Below, one piece after another: positions 8,402 to 17,806 of a DNA stretch of 64,000 nucleotides. The stretch comes from Candidatus Omnitrophota bacterium (lineage in GTDB: Bacteria; Omnitrophota; Gorgyraeia; Aquiviventales; Aquiviventaceae). Positions within the stretch are counted from its first letter, which is position 1; each line of letters starts with the position of its first letter. The notes under the pieces were generated by a model. The model had not been told where the DNA came from, did no database searches, and was given only the letters and a program-made list of their open reading frames with translations. The stretch covers positions 124-64,123 of the forward strand of contig JAHFGT010000005.1 in the NCBI GenBank assembly GCA_023247275.1, read 5' to 3'. The position numbers and the translations under genes were made by a program.

Positions 8402-9724
8402 TTAACGATTCAGCGCGTGCACCTTCTCCTTGGTTTGGTAGACGCGAATGCCTTTGAGCAGGTCGACGGCTCGTGCGAGCTGGTTATCGAGCGGTTTCTT
8501 CGCAGTCGCTGGACCAATTTGTTGGCCATCCAGGCGCTTGAATAGCTCTTCACCCTTCGGAGCGGTGTCTTTGTCATGTTCCTTGTCCTTGGCGTCTTTC
8601 TCGTCCTTGTTCTCAGGCGCGTGTTCCAGCGGCACGTCAACGTCCGGTTCAATGCCATGCCCATGGATCGACCGACCGCTTGGAGTGAAATACTTGCTCG
8701 TGGTCAACCGTAGAGCGCTGCCATCTTTCAGCGGAAAGATGGTCTGGACCGATGCCTTCCCGTGTGATTTCGTCCCAAGGATAATTCCGCGTCGATGATC
8801 CTGAATCGCCCCGGCCACAATCTCGGAGGCGGATGCCGACCCTTCATTAATCAGGACCACCAACGGCAGGGTGTTGACCGGGCCGTTGATGCGCGAGCGC
8901 AGCTCCTGGTTTTGATTGCGCAGTCGGCCTTTCGTCGACACGATCAACTCGTGTCGGTCCAGAAACAGCTCGGCCACCGACACGGAGACATCCAGCAACC
9001 CTCCTGGATTGTTGCGCAGATCCAAAATCACGCTCTCGAGGTGCTGCTCTTGAAGCCGTTTGATCGCTGCCTCAAGATCGTCCGCGCTTTTTTCTCGAAA
9101 GTCAGAGAGCCGGATATAGCCGATCCCCTGATCCAGCATGGTCGCTTCACGGATGCTTTGGATCTTGATGATCGCGCGTTCCAGCGCTACCTCGCGTAGT
9201 TGCGTCTCCCCTTCCCGCAGCACGGTCAGGGTCACCGTGGTCTTGGGCTTGCCGCGCAGTTTCTTCACGGCATCCAAGAGGGTGATGCCGCGCGTCAGCT
9301 CACCATCGATTTTGACAATCCGGTCTCCTGGTTGCAGCCCGACTCGATACGCCGGGGTGTCGTCGATCGGCGAGATAATCGTCAGTAAGTCATCCTTGAC
9401 GGTGATTTCGATCCCGAGCCCGCCGAACTCTCCTTCGGTTTCCACCTTCAATTCATTGTAACTGTCCGGGTCAAGAAATTGGCTATAGGGATCCAGCGTT
9501 GAGAGCATGCCCTTGAGCGCCCCGTAGATCAATTGCTTGGCTTCTGGTTCCTCGACATAGTCGGATTGAACCAGCCGAAGCGCATCGGTGAACAGCTCAA
9601 GCTGCCGGTAGATCTCCTCGTGGTCGGTGGGGGCCTGTTTGGTGGTATCGGCCGCCACGCGTGCCCCAGCCGCCACCAGGATGATTGACGCTGCGATTGC
9701 CCAGACTCGCCATCCGCGTTTCAT
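8402..9724 (-). CDS. Carboxy-terminal processing protease (peptidase S41) with PDZ domain
   Basis: Signal-like N-terminus, LKGMLSTLDPYSQFLDP, PDZ segment GLQPGDRIVKIDG, and catalytic region LVVLINEGSASASEIVAGAIQD...GTKSHGKASVQ. Confidence 0.85.
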   Translation of the reverse strand: MKRGWRVWAIAASIILVAAGARVAADTTKQAPTDHEEIYRQLELFTDALRLVQSDYVEEPEAKQLIYGALKGMLSTLDPYSQFLDPDSYNELKVETEGEFGGLGIEITVKDDLLTIISPIDDTPAYRVGLQPGDRIVKIDGELTRGITLLDAVKKLRGKPKTTVTLTVLREGETQLREVALERAIIKIQSIREATMLDQGIGYIRLSDFREKSADDLEAAIKRLQEQHLESVILDLRNNPGGLLDVSVSVAELFLDRHELIVSTKGRLRNQNQELRSRINGPVNTLPLVVLINEGSASASEIVAGAIQDHRRGIILGTKSHGKASVQTIFPLKDGSALRLTTSKYFTPSGRSIHGHGIEPDVDVPLEHAPENKDEKDAKDKEHDKDTAPKGEELFKRLDGQQIGPATAKKPLDNQLARAVDLLKGIRVYQTKEKVHALNR

Positions 9725-9767
9725 GGCACATCCTTCCTTCGTTGGTTGGTTGCGATGGTCTGCCGGC

Positions 9768-11231
9768 TCATTGGGGCGCGTTCACCTGTCCCTGCTCGAG
9801 CTTCCGCTTGAGCAAGGCGGACAGCTGCTGCGGATTGGCTGTGCCCTTTGAGAGCCGCATGGCTTGCCCCATCAAATGCAGTAATGCGCTGGTCTTGCCG
9901 CGACGGTAGTCCTCGATGGATTTCTGATTCGCCTGCAGGACCTCATCGGCGAGCCGTTCCAAGTGAGCCGGATCGCTGATCTGCTCCAGCCCACGTTCGC
10001 CGACCACCTGCTGCGGGGGGACGCCGCGGTCCAACATCTGCGTAAAGACGGTTTTCGCCATCGGGCCGGACAACCGCCCACGCTGAACCAATTCTACCAA
10101 ATCCTTCAACCAGACAGGATCCAGTTTCACGGCCGCCGGCTCAAGGCTCTTGTCTTTCACATACGCCAAGAACTCTCCCATGAGCCAGTTTGCGACCGGC
10201 TTGGCTGGCGTTCCAGCGCGCACCGCCTCCTCAAACAGATGCGCCAAGGCCCGAGATTGAGTCAACACATTGGCATCATACGCGCAGAGCTGATACTGCT
10301 GCTGGAACCTGGCCCGGCGTTGAGCCGGCAACTCGGGTAGTTGGCCACGAACCTGCTCAACCTGCTCAGGGGTGATCATAAACGGTACCAAATCTGGCTC
10401 AGGAAAGTACCGATAATCGGCGGCCTCTTCCTTGCTCCGCATCGATTCGGTCCGTAGCGCGCGAGCGTCCCAGAGGCGTGTCTCTTGGGCGATCCGCTCC
10501 CCGCGCGCCAACGCGGTCGCCTGCCGGTGTTGCTCATGCTCCAGCGCGAGTTTCACCGCGCGGAATGAGTTCAAATTCTTGACCTCAACTTTGACGCCAA
10601 GCGTTTCTGTCCCCTGGGACCGGAGCGAGATATTCGTGTCGCAGCGTAGGCTCCCCTCTTCCATATTACAGGTAGAGACATCCAGATACTCAATGATCGA
10701 TTTTAGCTCGATAAGATATTGATACGCCGTCTCCGCTGATCGCAGGTCTGGTTCGGTGACGATTTCCAACAAGGGGACCCCGGCGCGATTGAAATCCACG
10801 AAGCTCTCGTGTTGGCTGGCATCGTGCAGGAGCTTGCCGGCATCCTCTTCAAGATGGATTCGACGGATTCGAGTTCGGGTGGTTTGGCCCTCCACGACCA
10901 CCTCGAGATGGCCGTGTTGCGCCAGGGGTTGATCATACTGGGAAATTTGGTAGTTCTTTGGCAGATCCGGATAGAAGTACTGCTTCCGATCGAATTTCAT
11001 GACGCTGGCGAGTTGGCAGTTGAACGCCAGCGCAACCCGGATGCCCCAATCAAATGCGCGCGCATTTAGCACCGGCAATACCCCAGGCAATCCAAGGCAG
11101 ACCGGGCAGGTCTGGCCGTTGGGGGGCGCGCCAAACTTCGTGGAGCAACCACAGAACAATTTCGTGGTGGTCTTCAGCTGCAGGTGCACTTCCAGCCCGA
11201 TGACCGGTTCGTAGGACATCACGCTGGTCAT
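9768..11231 (-). CDS. gatB: Asp/Glu-tRNA amidotransferase subunit B
   Basis: YEPVIGLEVHLQLKTTTKLFCGC is the GatB N-terminus. The start at ATG 11231 gives an ATGA overlap with the gatA stop. The track ORF extension to 11501 lies inside gatA. Confidence 0.9.
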   Translation of the reverse strand: MTSVMSYEPVIGLEVHLQLKTTTKLFCGCSTKFGAPPNGQTCPVCLGLPGVLPVLNARAFDWGIRVALAFNCQLASVMKFDRKQYFYPDLPKNYQISQYDQPLAQHGHLEVVVEGQTTRTRIRRIHLEEDAGKLLHDASQHESFVDFNRAGVPLLEIVTEPDLRSAETAYQYLIELKSIIEYLDVSTCNMEEGSLRCDTNISLRSQGTETLGVKVEVKNLNSFRAVKLALEHEQHRQATALARGERIAQETRLWDARALRTESMRSKEEAADYRYFPEPDLVPFMITPEQVEQVRGQLPELPAQRRARFQQQYQLCAYDANVLTQSRALAHLFEEAVRAGTPAKPVANWLMGEFLAYVKDKSLEPAAVKLDPVWLKDLVELVQRGRLSGPMAKTVFTQMLDRGVPPQQVVGERGLEQISDPAHLERLADEVLQANQKSIEDYRRGKTSALLHLMGQAMRLSKGTANPQQLSALLKRKLEQGQVNAPQ

Positions 11232-12682
11232 TCCGGCTGCTGGCGATGCCACTCGGTGGCCTGTTCGTACGCGTACCCGACGCGTAAGAGCACCTCCTCG
11301 CGGAACGGTGCAGCCAACAGTTGCAGCCCGATGGGCCGGCCCTGGGAGGAGAACCCACAGGGCACGGAAAGTGCCGGCACCCCGGCCAAATTCGCAGAGA
11401 TGGTGAAGACATCCGAGAGATACATCTGCAGCGGGTCGTCGATTTTTTCCCCGAGCCGAAACGCCGGGCTCGGCGCCGTCGGCAACAACACGACATCGCA
11501 TCGCGCCAAGGCGTCATCAAAATCCCGCTTGATCAACGTGCGCACCTTCATGCCCTTGAGGTAGTACGCATCGTAATAGCCATGCGACAGCACATAGGTG
11601 CCCAGGAGAATGCGCCGCTGAGCTTCTGCGCCGAACCCCTGATCTCGTGTGCGCTCGTACATGTCCAGGAGCGTGCCCTGGCCGTTGTCGCCGCTGACGC
11701 GCCGCCCATAGCGCACGCCATCATAGCGCGCCAGATTGGAGCTGGCTTCTGCGGTCGCAATGATGTAGTAGGTTGCCACGGCGGATCCGATGTTCGGCAG
11801 TGTGACTGGCACGGTGGAACAGCCCAGCCGCTGGAAGACCGTGATGGCGTCTTGGATGGCACGATGGACCTCAGGGTCGATGCCTTCAACCGAAAGCTCG
11901 GGCAACCCGATTCGGATTCCCTTCACCGGCTGCTGCAGCCCAGCGACATAATCCGGGACGTCCACAGGGGCGGAGGTGGAATCGTTGGGGTCCTGGCCGG
12001 CGATGACGGACAGCAGCCACGCACAATCGGTCACGTCTTTGGTCAACGGGCCAATCTGGTCCAGGGAGGAGGCGAACGCGACGAGCCCATACCGCGAGAC
12101 ACGGCCATAGGTCGGTTTCAAACCCACAATGCCGCAGAACGCGGCCGGCTGCCGGATCGATCCGCCGGTGTCGCTCCCCAGCGCGGCAATTGCCACGTCG
12201 GCCGCGACCGCCGCTGCGGACCCGCCGCTCGAGCCGCCTGGAACGCAGTCAAGATCCCAAGGGTTACGGGTGGGTCCATACGTAGAGTTCTCGGTGGATG
12301 ATCCAAACGCAAACTCATCCATGTTCGCGCGAGGAATCAGAATCGCGCCCTCGCGGCGCAGGCGGTGGATGACCGTCGCATCGTAGGGCGCTCGAAACCC
12401 GGCCAAGATCTTTGAGGCACAGGTGGTCAATTCGCCGTCGATACAGATGTTATCTTTAACGGTGATCGGCACCCCGGCGAGCCGTCCACGAATTGGGGAC
12501 GCCGCCTTGGCCTGCTGACGCAGCCGATCCGGATCGATGGCGGCGTACACATTCAGGCGAGGGTTCAGTCGCTCCATGCGGGCCAGTAGATCGTCCACCA
12601 CCTCTTGCGGACTCACGGCGCGACTGGCCAGACGCGTGCGGAGTTCGTGGATCGTCAGGCTCGCAGGCGATGTGGCTGACAT
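11228..12682 (-). CDS. gatA: Glutamyl-tRNA(Gln) amidotransferase subunit A
   Basis: Amidase signature GGSSGGSAAAVAA and the GSDTGGSIRQPAAFCG motif. Position between gatC and gatB. Confidence 0.9.
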   Translation of the reverse strand: MSATSPASLTIHELRTRLASRAVSPQEVVDDLLARMERLNPRLNVYAAIDPDRLRQQAKAASPIRGRLAGVPITVKDNICIDGELTTCASKILAGFRAPYDATVIHRLRREGAILIPRANMDEFAFGSSTENSTYGPTRNPWDLDCVPGGSSGGSAAAVAADVAIAALGSDTGGSIRQPAAFCGIVGLKPTYGRVSRYGLVAFASSLDQIGPLTKDVTDCAWLLSVIAGQDPNDSTSAPVDVPDYVAGLQQPVKGIRIGLPELSVEGIDPEVHRAIQDAITVFQRLGCSTVPVTLPNIGSAVATYYIIATAEASSNLARYDGVRYGRRVSGDNGQGTLLDMYERTRDQGFGAEAQRRILLGTYVLSHGYYDAYYLKGMKVRTLIKRDFDDALARCDVVLLPTAPSPAFRLGEKIDDPLQMYLSDVFTISANLAGVPALSVPCGFSSQGRPIGLQLLAAPFREEVLLRVGYAYEQATEWHRQQPE

Positions 12683-12697
12683 GCCGATGAATGGGTG

Positions 12698-12994
12698 TCA
12701 ACCAGCCTCAAGCACTTTCGGGACCGCAAGAAATGGTGGGTGTGTGGCTGGAGCCAAGGCGATGACGCTGGTCTGAGGCAGCGATGGCTTCGACTCGTCT
12801 GGCCGGAGCACATTGGATAAGGGGAGGACATGGCTCGTGGGTTCAACTCCATCCGTCGGGACAGCCTGCAACTGGCGGACGTAGGCTAAGATGTCGTTCA
12901 GCTGCTGCGTCACGTGTGCCGCGGCGTGATCGTCTAATCGGAGTCGGGCCAACCGTGCCACCTGCGTCACGACGTCAGGGCTGATGGTTGTCAT
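12698..12994 (-). CDS. gatC: Glutamyl-tRNA(Gln) amidotransferase subunit C
   Basis: VARLARLRLDD......LNDILAYVRQL....T.GVEPTSHV is the GatC pattern, at the head of gatCAB. Confidence 0.85.
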   Translation of the reverse strand: MTTISPDVVTQVARLARLRLDDHAAAHVTQQLNDILAYVRQLQAVPTDGVEPTSHVLPLSNVLRPDESKPSLPQTSVIALAPATHPPFLAVPKVLEAG

Positions 12995-13026
12995 CGACTA
13001 CTCAGCGGGCGAGGGATCATCTGTTG

Positions 13027-13055
13027 TTTGTAACACATGCCCTTGGCAAAGTCAA
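13027..13055 (-). promoter_or_regulatory. Candidate sigma70-type promoter for gatCAB
   Basis: On the minus strand: TTGACT (13055..13050), 17 nt, TACAAA (13032..13027). It lies 33 nt upstream of the gatC ATG. Confidence 0.35.
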
Positions 13056-13091
13056 CGCGCTGCTCGACGACGAGCTGTTGCGATCAGCGTC

Positions 13092-13946
13092 TCACTGGAC
13101 CGAAGGCTGTCTCACGGCCGCCCACAGACGTCCGAATGTTTCTATGGAGAGCTGCTCGGCCCGAACCCTTGGCGGCAACCCCAGCCGATTCAACAGGTCT
13201 TCAGCCTGTCGTTTCGTGATCCGGTGATGGCCGAAGACAACCAGCGCGTGCGCCAACGTCTTGCGTCGTTGGGCGAACGCGGTTTTCACCAACTCAAAGA
13301 ATCCGGACTCATCCGCTTCGGTCACCGGGGAGACGGTTCGCGGGATCAGCTCGAGACATCCGGACTCAACGCTTGGCTGAGGAAAAAATGCGCTCGGCGG
13401 AATCCGGAACAGTCGCTTGACCTGCCAGCCACATTGCACCAAGACGCTGAGTCGGCCGTACGCTTTCGTTCCTGGTTTGGCGATCAACCGGTCGACGACG
13501 TCGTCTTGCAGAATCAACACGGCGTGGCGCACAAACCGTCGATGATGAAAAAGGGTCACCAGGATCGGCGAGGTAATGTGATATGGAATCGCGCCGATGA
13601 CCACGGCCCCGGCGGTGCGTGCCCACGGGAATGTCAGGATATCATCGCACACGAGCTCGACATTGGGAGCACCAGCCAGCCGCTCGGCCAGGAGTTGACA
13701 GATGCGCCGGTCCACCTCGACCGCAATGACCCGCCCGGCGCGCTGCGCCAGCGACTCAGTGATGGCGCCTAACCCGGCCCCGATTTCCACCACGGTGTCG
13801 TGAGGCCTGATTCCAGATTCCGCGATCAGTCGGTCGATGCGCCGCGGATCAATCAGATGATGTTGGCCCAGCCGCTTGGTGAGGCGGATCCCATGCGCGC
13901 GGAGCAGGGTTGTGAGCGCGCCGGGTGTGAGCATTATCCTGCGCAC
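13092..13946 (-). CDS. rsmA: 16S rRNA (adenine1518/1519-N6)-dimethyltransferase
   Basis: LGQHHLIDPRRIDRLI, SAM motif VVEIGAGLGAITESL, and IPYHITSPIL. Confidence 0.85.
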   Translation of the reverse strand: MRRIMLTPGALTTLLRAHGIRLTKRLGQHHLIDPRRIDRLIAESGIRPHDTVVEIGAGLGAITESLAQRAGRVIAVEVDRRICQLLAERLAGAPNVELVCDDILTFPWARTAGAVVIGAIPYHITSPILVTLFHHRRFVRHAVLILQDDVVDRLIAKPGTKAYGRLSVLVQCGWQVKRLFRIPPSAFFPQPSVESGCLELIPRTVSPVTEADESGFFELVKTAFAQRRKTLAHALVVFGHHRITKRQAEDLLNRLGLPPRVRAEQLSIETFGRLWAAVRQPSVQ

Positions 13947-14938
13947 AGCTGCGCAGCTAGCGCAATCGCGTAGCGCATCGAGCCAGGATGCGCGATCCCT
14001 CGGCCGGCAATGTCGAGCGCGCTGCCATGGTCAGGAGCGGTTCGCACCAGCGGCAGCCCGAGGCTCACCTGGCAGCCCTGGTCACGGGCCAGCAGCTTAA
14101 ATGGGATCAACCCCTGATCATGGTAGGCGCAAATAATCGCCGCATACCGGCGAAACGATTCGGCGAACAACCCATCCGCGGCGAATGGCCCATCCACCCG
14201 GACCCCGCGGCGACGCAGACGGCGCATCACCGGTCCCATCATCCGGTGTTCTTCGTCCCCGCAGGTCCCGGATTCTCCCGCATGCGGATTGATTCCGCAG
14301 ACCGCGACCCGCGGATCCGGCAGATGAAATTGGTGGCGCAATGCCGCGAGCGTGAGCGTGATGGTTCGGCGCAGCAATGTTGGGGTGATGCTCTTGCCGA
14401 CGCGGGCGAGTGGAACATGCCGTGTTAGCACAACGACTCGGAGTCGCGCGGACGCAAACATCATGACCACGCACTCGGTCTTGGTGGCCTGAGCGAGATA
14501 CTCTGTTTGCCCGATGAATCCTTGGTGCACGCGATGGATGGCCCATTTGGTGACCGGACCGGTTACGATGCCATCGACGATCCCGGCGCGCCACAACGCC
14601 AGCGCGTGATTGAGGTAAGCCAACGATGCGGCGCCGGCTGCCGAAGAAGACCGGCCAGGGATAAATCGTCGGTCATGGTGCAGATCAAGAAATGTGAGCG
14701 GGCTGTTGACCGAGACCGGGTGGCCTGCTCGCACGAGCTGCCAAGCGGGCAATCGCTGGCGTAACCGGCGCGCAATCTGTTCGAACACCGCGTGATCGCC
14801 GATGATGATCGAGCGAGGCTGATCTGACCCTGGGGTTGCCCTGAGCGATTTGAGCAGAACCTCTGGTCCGATTCCGGTTGGATCACCAGTGGTCAACGCG
14901 AGAGTTGGCTGGGATCGAGCGGGTGCCCTACCCGCCAT
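13934..14938 (-). CDS. pdxA: 4-hydroxythreonine-4-phosphate dehydrogenase
   Basis: LALTTGDPTGIGPEV, GINPHAGE, YHDQGLIPFK and TAPDHGSALDIAG. The start is set at ATG 14938; the track extends to 14986. Confidence 0.85.
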   Translation of the reverse strand: MAGRAPARSQPTLALTTGDPTGIGPEVLLKSLRATPGSDQPRSIIIGDHAVFEQIARRLRQRLPAWQLVRAGHPVSVNSPLTFLDLHHDRRFIPGRSSSAAGAASLAYLNHALALWRAGIVDGIVTGPVTKWAIHRVHQGFIGQTEYLAQATKTECVVMMFASARLRVVVLTRHVPLARVGKSITPTLLRRTITLTLAALRHQFHLPDPRVAVCGINPHAGESGTCGDEEHRMMGPVMRRLRRRGVRVDGPFAADGLFAESFRRYAAIICAYHDQGLIPFKLLARDQGCQVSLGLPLVRTAPDHGSALDIAGRGIAHPGSMRYAIALAAQLCAG

Positions 14939-15929
14939 GGTTGGAAGACTGCGAGGTCGTCGGCAGCTCGTCGGAGGCGACTTCAATGTAGGCCTGTCGC
15001 TTCAAGTCGGTCATCCACCGCACAAATTCCGCTTGGAATTTTTCCTGATACAACTGTTGATAGATGGCTCGATTCGCTTCCACCAGGCTCAGGTCGGCCG
15101 CCGCGCGACGGTCTTCGACCTTCACGAGATGGTAGCCGAGCCGGGTGCGCACCGGCGCCGACAACTGTCCTGACCGCAACGACCCTAAGATCTGGTCGAG
15201 CTCTGGCAGCAACTCGCCCTGCGCGACCCACCCCATCCGACCACCCTGTTCACGATATTGATCTTCAGAATACTGGGTGGCCACATCGCCGAACTCAGCG
15301 CCTTGCGCCAATTGATCATGCAACCGATTGATCAACTCTTGGGCGGCGGATTCAGGGCGTTCGTCGTTGACCCGAATCAGTAGATGGCGAATCAGCAGCC
15401 GATCCCCGGGTTTCGCTTCATCTGGATGTGCCGTTAGCTCGCGGGCGACTTCTTGCGGACTCACCAGGACCTTGGCGCGAACCTGCGCGGCCACAACTTG
15501 TTTCACCAAGAGTTGTTCGCGAATCCGTTCTCGGACCTGCTCCAACGTTCGGCCGGTGGCGGCCAACGATTGCCAAAATGCTTCAGCTGATTCGAATTGA
15601 CTCTGGAGCGTATCAACCTGTCGTTGCACCTCGCTGGAAGCAATGGTGAGCCCAGCGCGTTTGGCAGCCTGGACCATGAGCCGTTGCTCAATCAACCGGG
15701 CGAGGACGATCTGTCGCGTATGGGGATCTGCTGAGCGAGTCTCAAGGCTGGGCGACTGGTCATCCATCAGCGCGTCGGCGTACGAGCTCACGTCAGCCTG
15801 GGTGATGATCTCATCGTTGACGACCGCCACGATCCGGTTCACCGTCGCCGGCCACGCGGTGTGCATCCATGGGCCGCTGGCCAGCACGATGGCGAACGCG
15901 ATCCGTGCAGCCGACTGGGAGGAGGTCAT
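14928..15929 (-). CDS. surA: SurA-like periplasmic chaperone / parvulin PPIase
   Basis: Signal-like N-terminus, a SurA_N-like region, and parvulin domain IRHLLIRV...GGRMGWVAQGELLPELD...GYHLVKVEDRR. It sits in a surA-pdxA-rsmA arrangement. Confidence 0.7.
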   Translation of the reverse strand: MTSSQSAARIAFAIVLASGPWMHTAWPATVNRIVAVVNDEIITQADVSSYADALMDDQSPSLETRSADPHTRQIVLARLIEQRLMVQAAKRAGLTIASSEVQRQVDTLQSQFESAEAFWQSLAATGRTLEQVRERIREQLLVKQVVAAQVRAKVLVSPQEVARELTAHPDEAKPGDRLLIRHLLIRVNDERPESAAQELINRLHDQLAQGAEFGDVATQYSEDQYREQGGRMGWVAQGELLPELDQILGSLRSGQLSAPVRTRLGYHLVKVEDRRAAADLSLVEANRAIYQQLYQEKFQAEFVRWMTDLKRQAYIEVASDELPTTSQSSNHGG

Positions 15930-17806
15930 GACGCCGCAACACCGTCCCGCAACCGGGTCACCGCATCACGTAACAACCGGCAGTACAGATCAAACCCCAC
16001 AGCACTGATATGTCCGGACTGCTCCACGCCCAAGAGATTTCCTGCCCCACGAAGTTTGAGATCTTCCATCGCAATCTGAACCCCAGATCCGAGTGCGGTG
16101 TGCTCTGCCATCGCTTCAAGTCGTCGCCTGGACTCAGTCGTCAGGACGGCGTTTTTGGAGATGACCAAATAGGCAGACGCCGGGCGATCGAATCGCCCGA
16201 CCCGTCCGCGGAGCTGGTACAAGTCAGCTAATCCAAACCGCTCGGCTTGATCAACGATGAGCGTATTGGCGTTGGGAATATCGATCCCGGACTCGATGAT
16301 GGTGGTCGTGACCAGCACGTCCAGCCGGCCATCGATAAACGCCAGCATCACCTGCTCCAGCTCCTGCTCGTGCATTTGTCCGTGGGCGACCCCGATACTG
16401 GCTTCTGGCACCAGCCGTCCGAGCCGTTCGGCCACGCGGTGGATCGTTCGCACGCGGTTATGCACGACATAGACCTGCCCGCGCCGTTCCAGCTCCGGGC
16501 GAATCCAGTCCGAGAAGGCCGCATGCCGCTCATCGACCACATGGGTCGCCACCGGGTGACGGTTTTCCGGTGGGGTCGCGATCAGCGACATGTCTCGCGC
16601 GCCGACCAGCGATAGATACAACGTTCGCGGGATCGGGGTCGCTGAGAGTGTGAGCACATCGACTTGGGACCGCCACTGTTTCAGGCGTTCCTTATCTTTG
16701 ACACCGAACCGCTGTTCTTCATCGACGATCAACAGCCCTAAATCGCGAAATCGGATGTCTCCGGACAGCAGCCGATGCGTGCCGATGACGATATCACACT
16801 GGCCATGGATCAACGCCTGCGCGACCTGGCGCTGCTCGGCGTCGGATTGGAACCGCGTCAACATCGCGACGGCCACGGGAAACCCTTGGAGCCGTTTGGT
16901 AAACGTGCGCTGATGCTGGTACGCGAGGATCGTCGTCGGCACCAACACGGCAACCTGCTTGCCATCCATGACCGCCTTGAAGGCTCCCCGGATGGCGACT
17001 TCAGTTTTGCCATAGCCGACATCGCCGAGGAGCAACCGGTCCATGGGCCGGCGATCTTCCATATCCTTCTTAAGATCGCGCGTCGCCTGGGCTTGGCCTG
17101 CGGTTTCGCGATGGGCAAACGCTTGCTCAAAGGTCTGCTGCCACTCATGATCCGCGGCAAAGGCATGCCCAGGTAATGCTAACCGCTTCGCGTGCAGGTC
17201 AAGCAGTGTTTTGGCATAGATCCAGGCCCCGGCATACGCCCGCTCTTTGGCCCGCTCCCACGCGGTCCCGCCGAGCGTATGCAGCGCAGAGGCTCTGGCA
17301 CCAAACGCCGCATATTTCTGCACGAGGTGCAACTGGTCCATGGGAACATACAGCCGATCTCCATCGGCATATTCCAAGACCAGCGCCTCTTGCGGCCCGT
17401 CGGTCCCGGGTAAGGTCGCGTGACCGACAAACCGGCCAATGCCATGCGCCACATGCACGGCCAAATCGCCCTTGGCCAGATCGACAAACGATTCAAACGG
17501 CATCTCCAGCGATGGGCGGCTCGCGATCTGACGCGGCAAGATGACGATCATGGTATGACGGTCCAGCGTCTCCAGCGTTTTTGGGTTGAAACTGCGCATC
17601 GATTCGATTCGGTTTCCATCGAGTTCGATCCGCACCGGGGCCTCAAAACTCGCCGGAAACACGTCCAATATCCCGCCCCGCATCGCAAGCTGGCCTGGGT
17701 CGCTGACCGAATCGGTGCGTTCATACCCAAGGCATACGAGCGGCTGGATTAATTGATGCGCGCTGTGCTGTTGGCCAACAGCGAGTCGAACATAGTCGAA
17801 CATCAC
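15926..17806 (-). CDS. mfd: Transcription-repair coupling factor, compact form (626 aa)
   Basis: UvrB-homology segment GYERTDSVSDPGQLAMRGGILDVFP...PVRIELDGNRIESMRSF. CarD-like RNAP-interacting domain GDLAVHVAHGIGRFVG...LYVPMDQLHLVQKY. Superfamily-2 helicase motifs GDVGYGKTEVA, DEEQRFG, TLSATPIPRT and QLRGRVGR. GTG start overlaps the argS stop (GTGA). Confidence 0.8.
   Translation of the reverse strand: MMFDYVRLAVGQQHSAHQLIQPLVCLGYERTDSVSDPGQLAMRGGILDVFPASFEAPVRIELDGNRIESMRSFNPKTLETLDRHTMIVILPRQIASRPSLEMPFESFVDLAKGDLAVHVAHGIGRFVGHATLPGTDGPQEALVLEYADGDRLYVPMDQLHLVQKYAAFGARASALHTLGGTAWERAKERAYAGAWIYAKTLLDLHAKRLALPGHAFAADHEWQQTFEQAFAHRETAGQAQATRDLKKDMEDRRPMDRLLLGDVGYGKTEVAIRGAFKAVMDGKQVAVLVPTTILAYQHQRTFTKRLQGFPVAVAMLTRFQSDAEQRQVAQALIHGQCDIVIGTHRLLSGDIRFRDLGLLIVDEEQRFGVKDKERLKQWRSQVDVLTLSATPIPRTLYLSLVGARDMSLIATPPENRHPVATHVVDERHAAFSDWIRPELERRGQVYVVHNRVRTIHRVAERLGRLVPEASIGVAHGQMHEQELEQVMLAFIDGRLDVLVTTTIIESGIDIPNANTLIVDQAERFGLADLYQLRGRVGRFDRPASAYLVISKNAVLTTESRRRLEAMAEHTALGSGVQIAMEDLKLRGAGNLLGVEQSGHISAVGFDLYCRLLRDAVTRLRDGVAAS

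Noticed and set aside
11232-11501. N-terminal extensions of track ORFs. These include gatB to 11501, the long ATPase to 4598, uvrA to 54222, pdxA to 14986, lysA to 62304, argH to 63776, and the methyltransferases to 27106 and 27930.
   Set aside because: The extensions overlap the 3' ends of upstream genes and have non-protein-like composition. Conserved N-termini begin at internal ATGs, which in many of these cases form ATGA/TAATG overlaps with the upstream stop. I shortened the calls accordingly.
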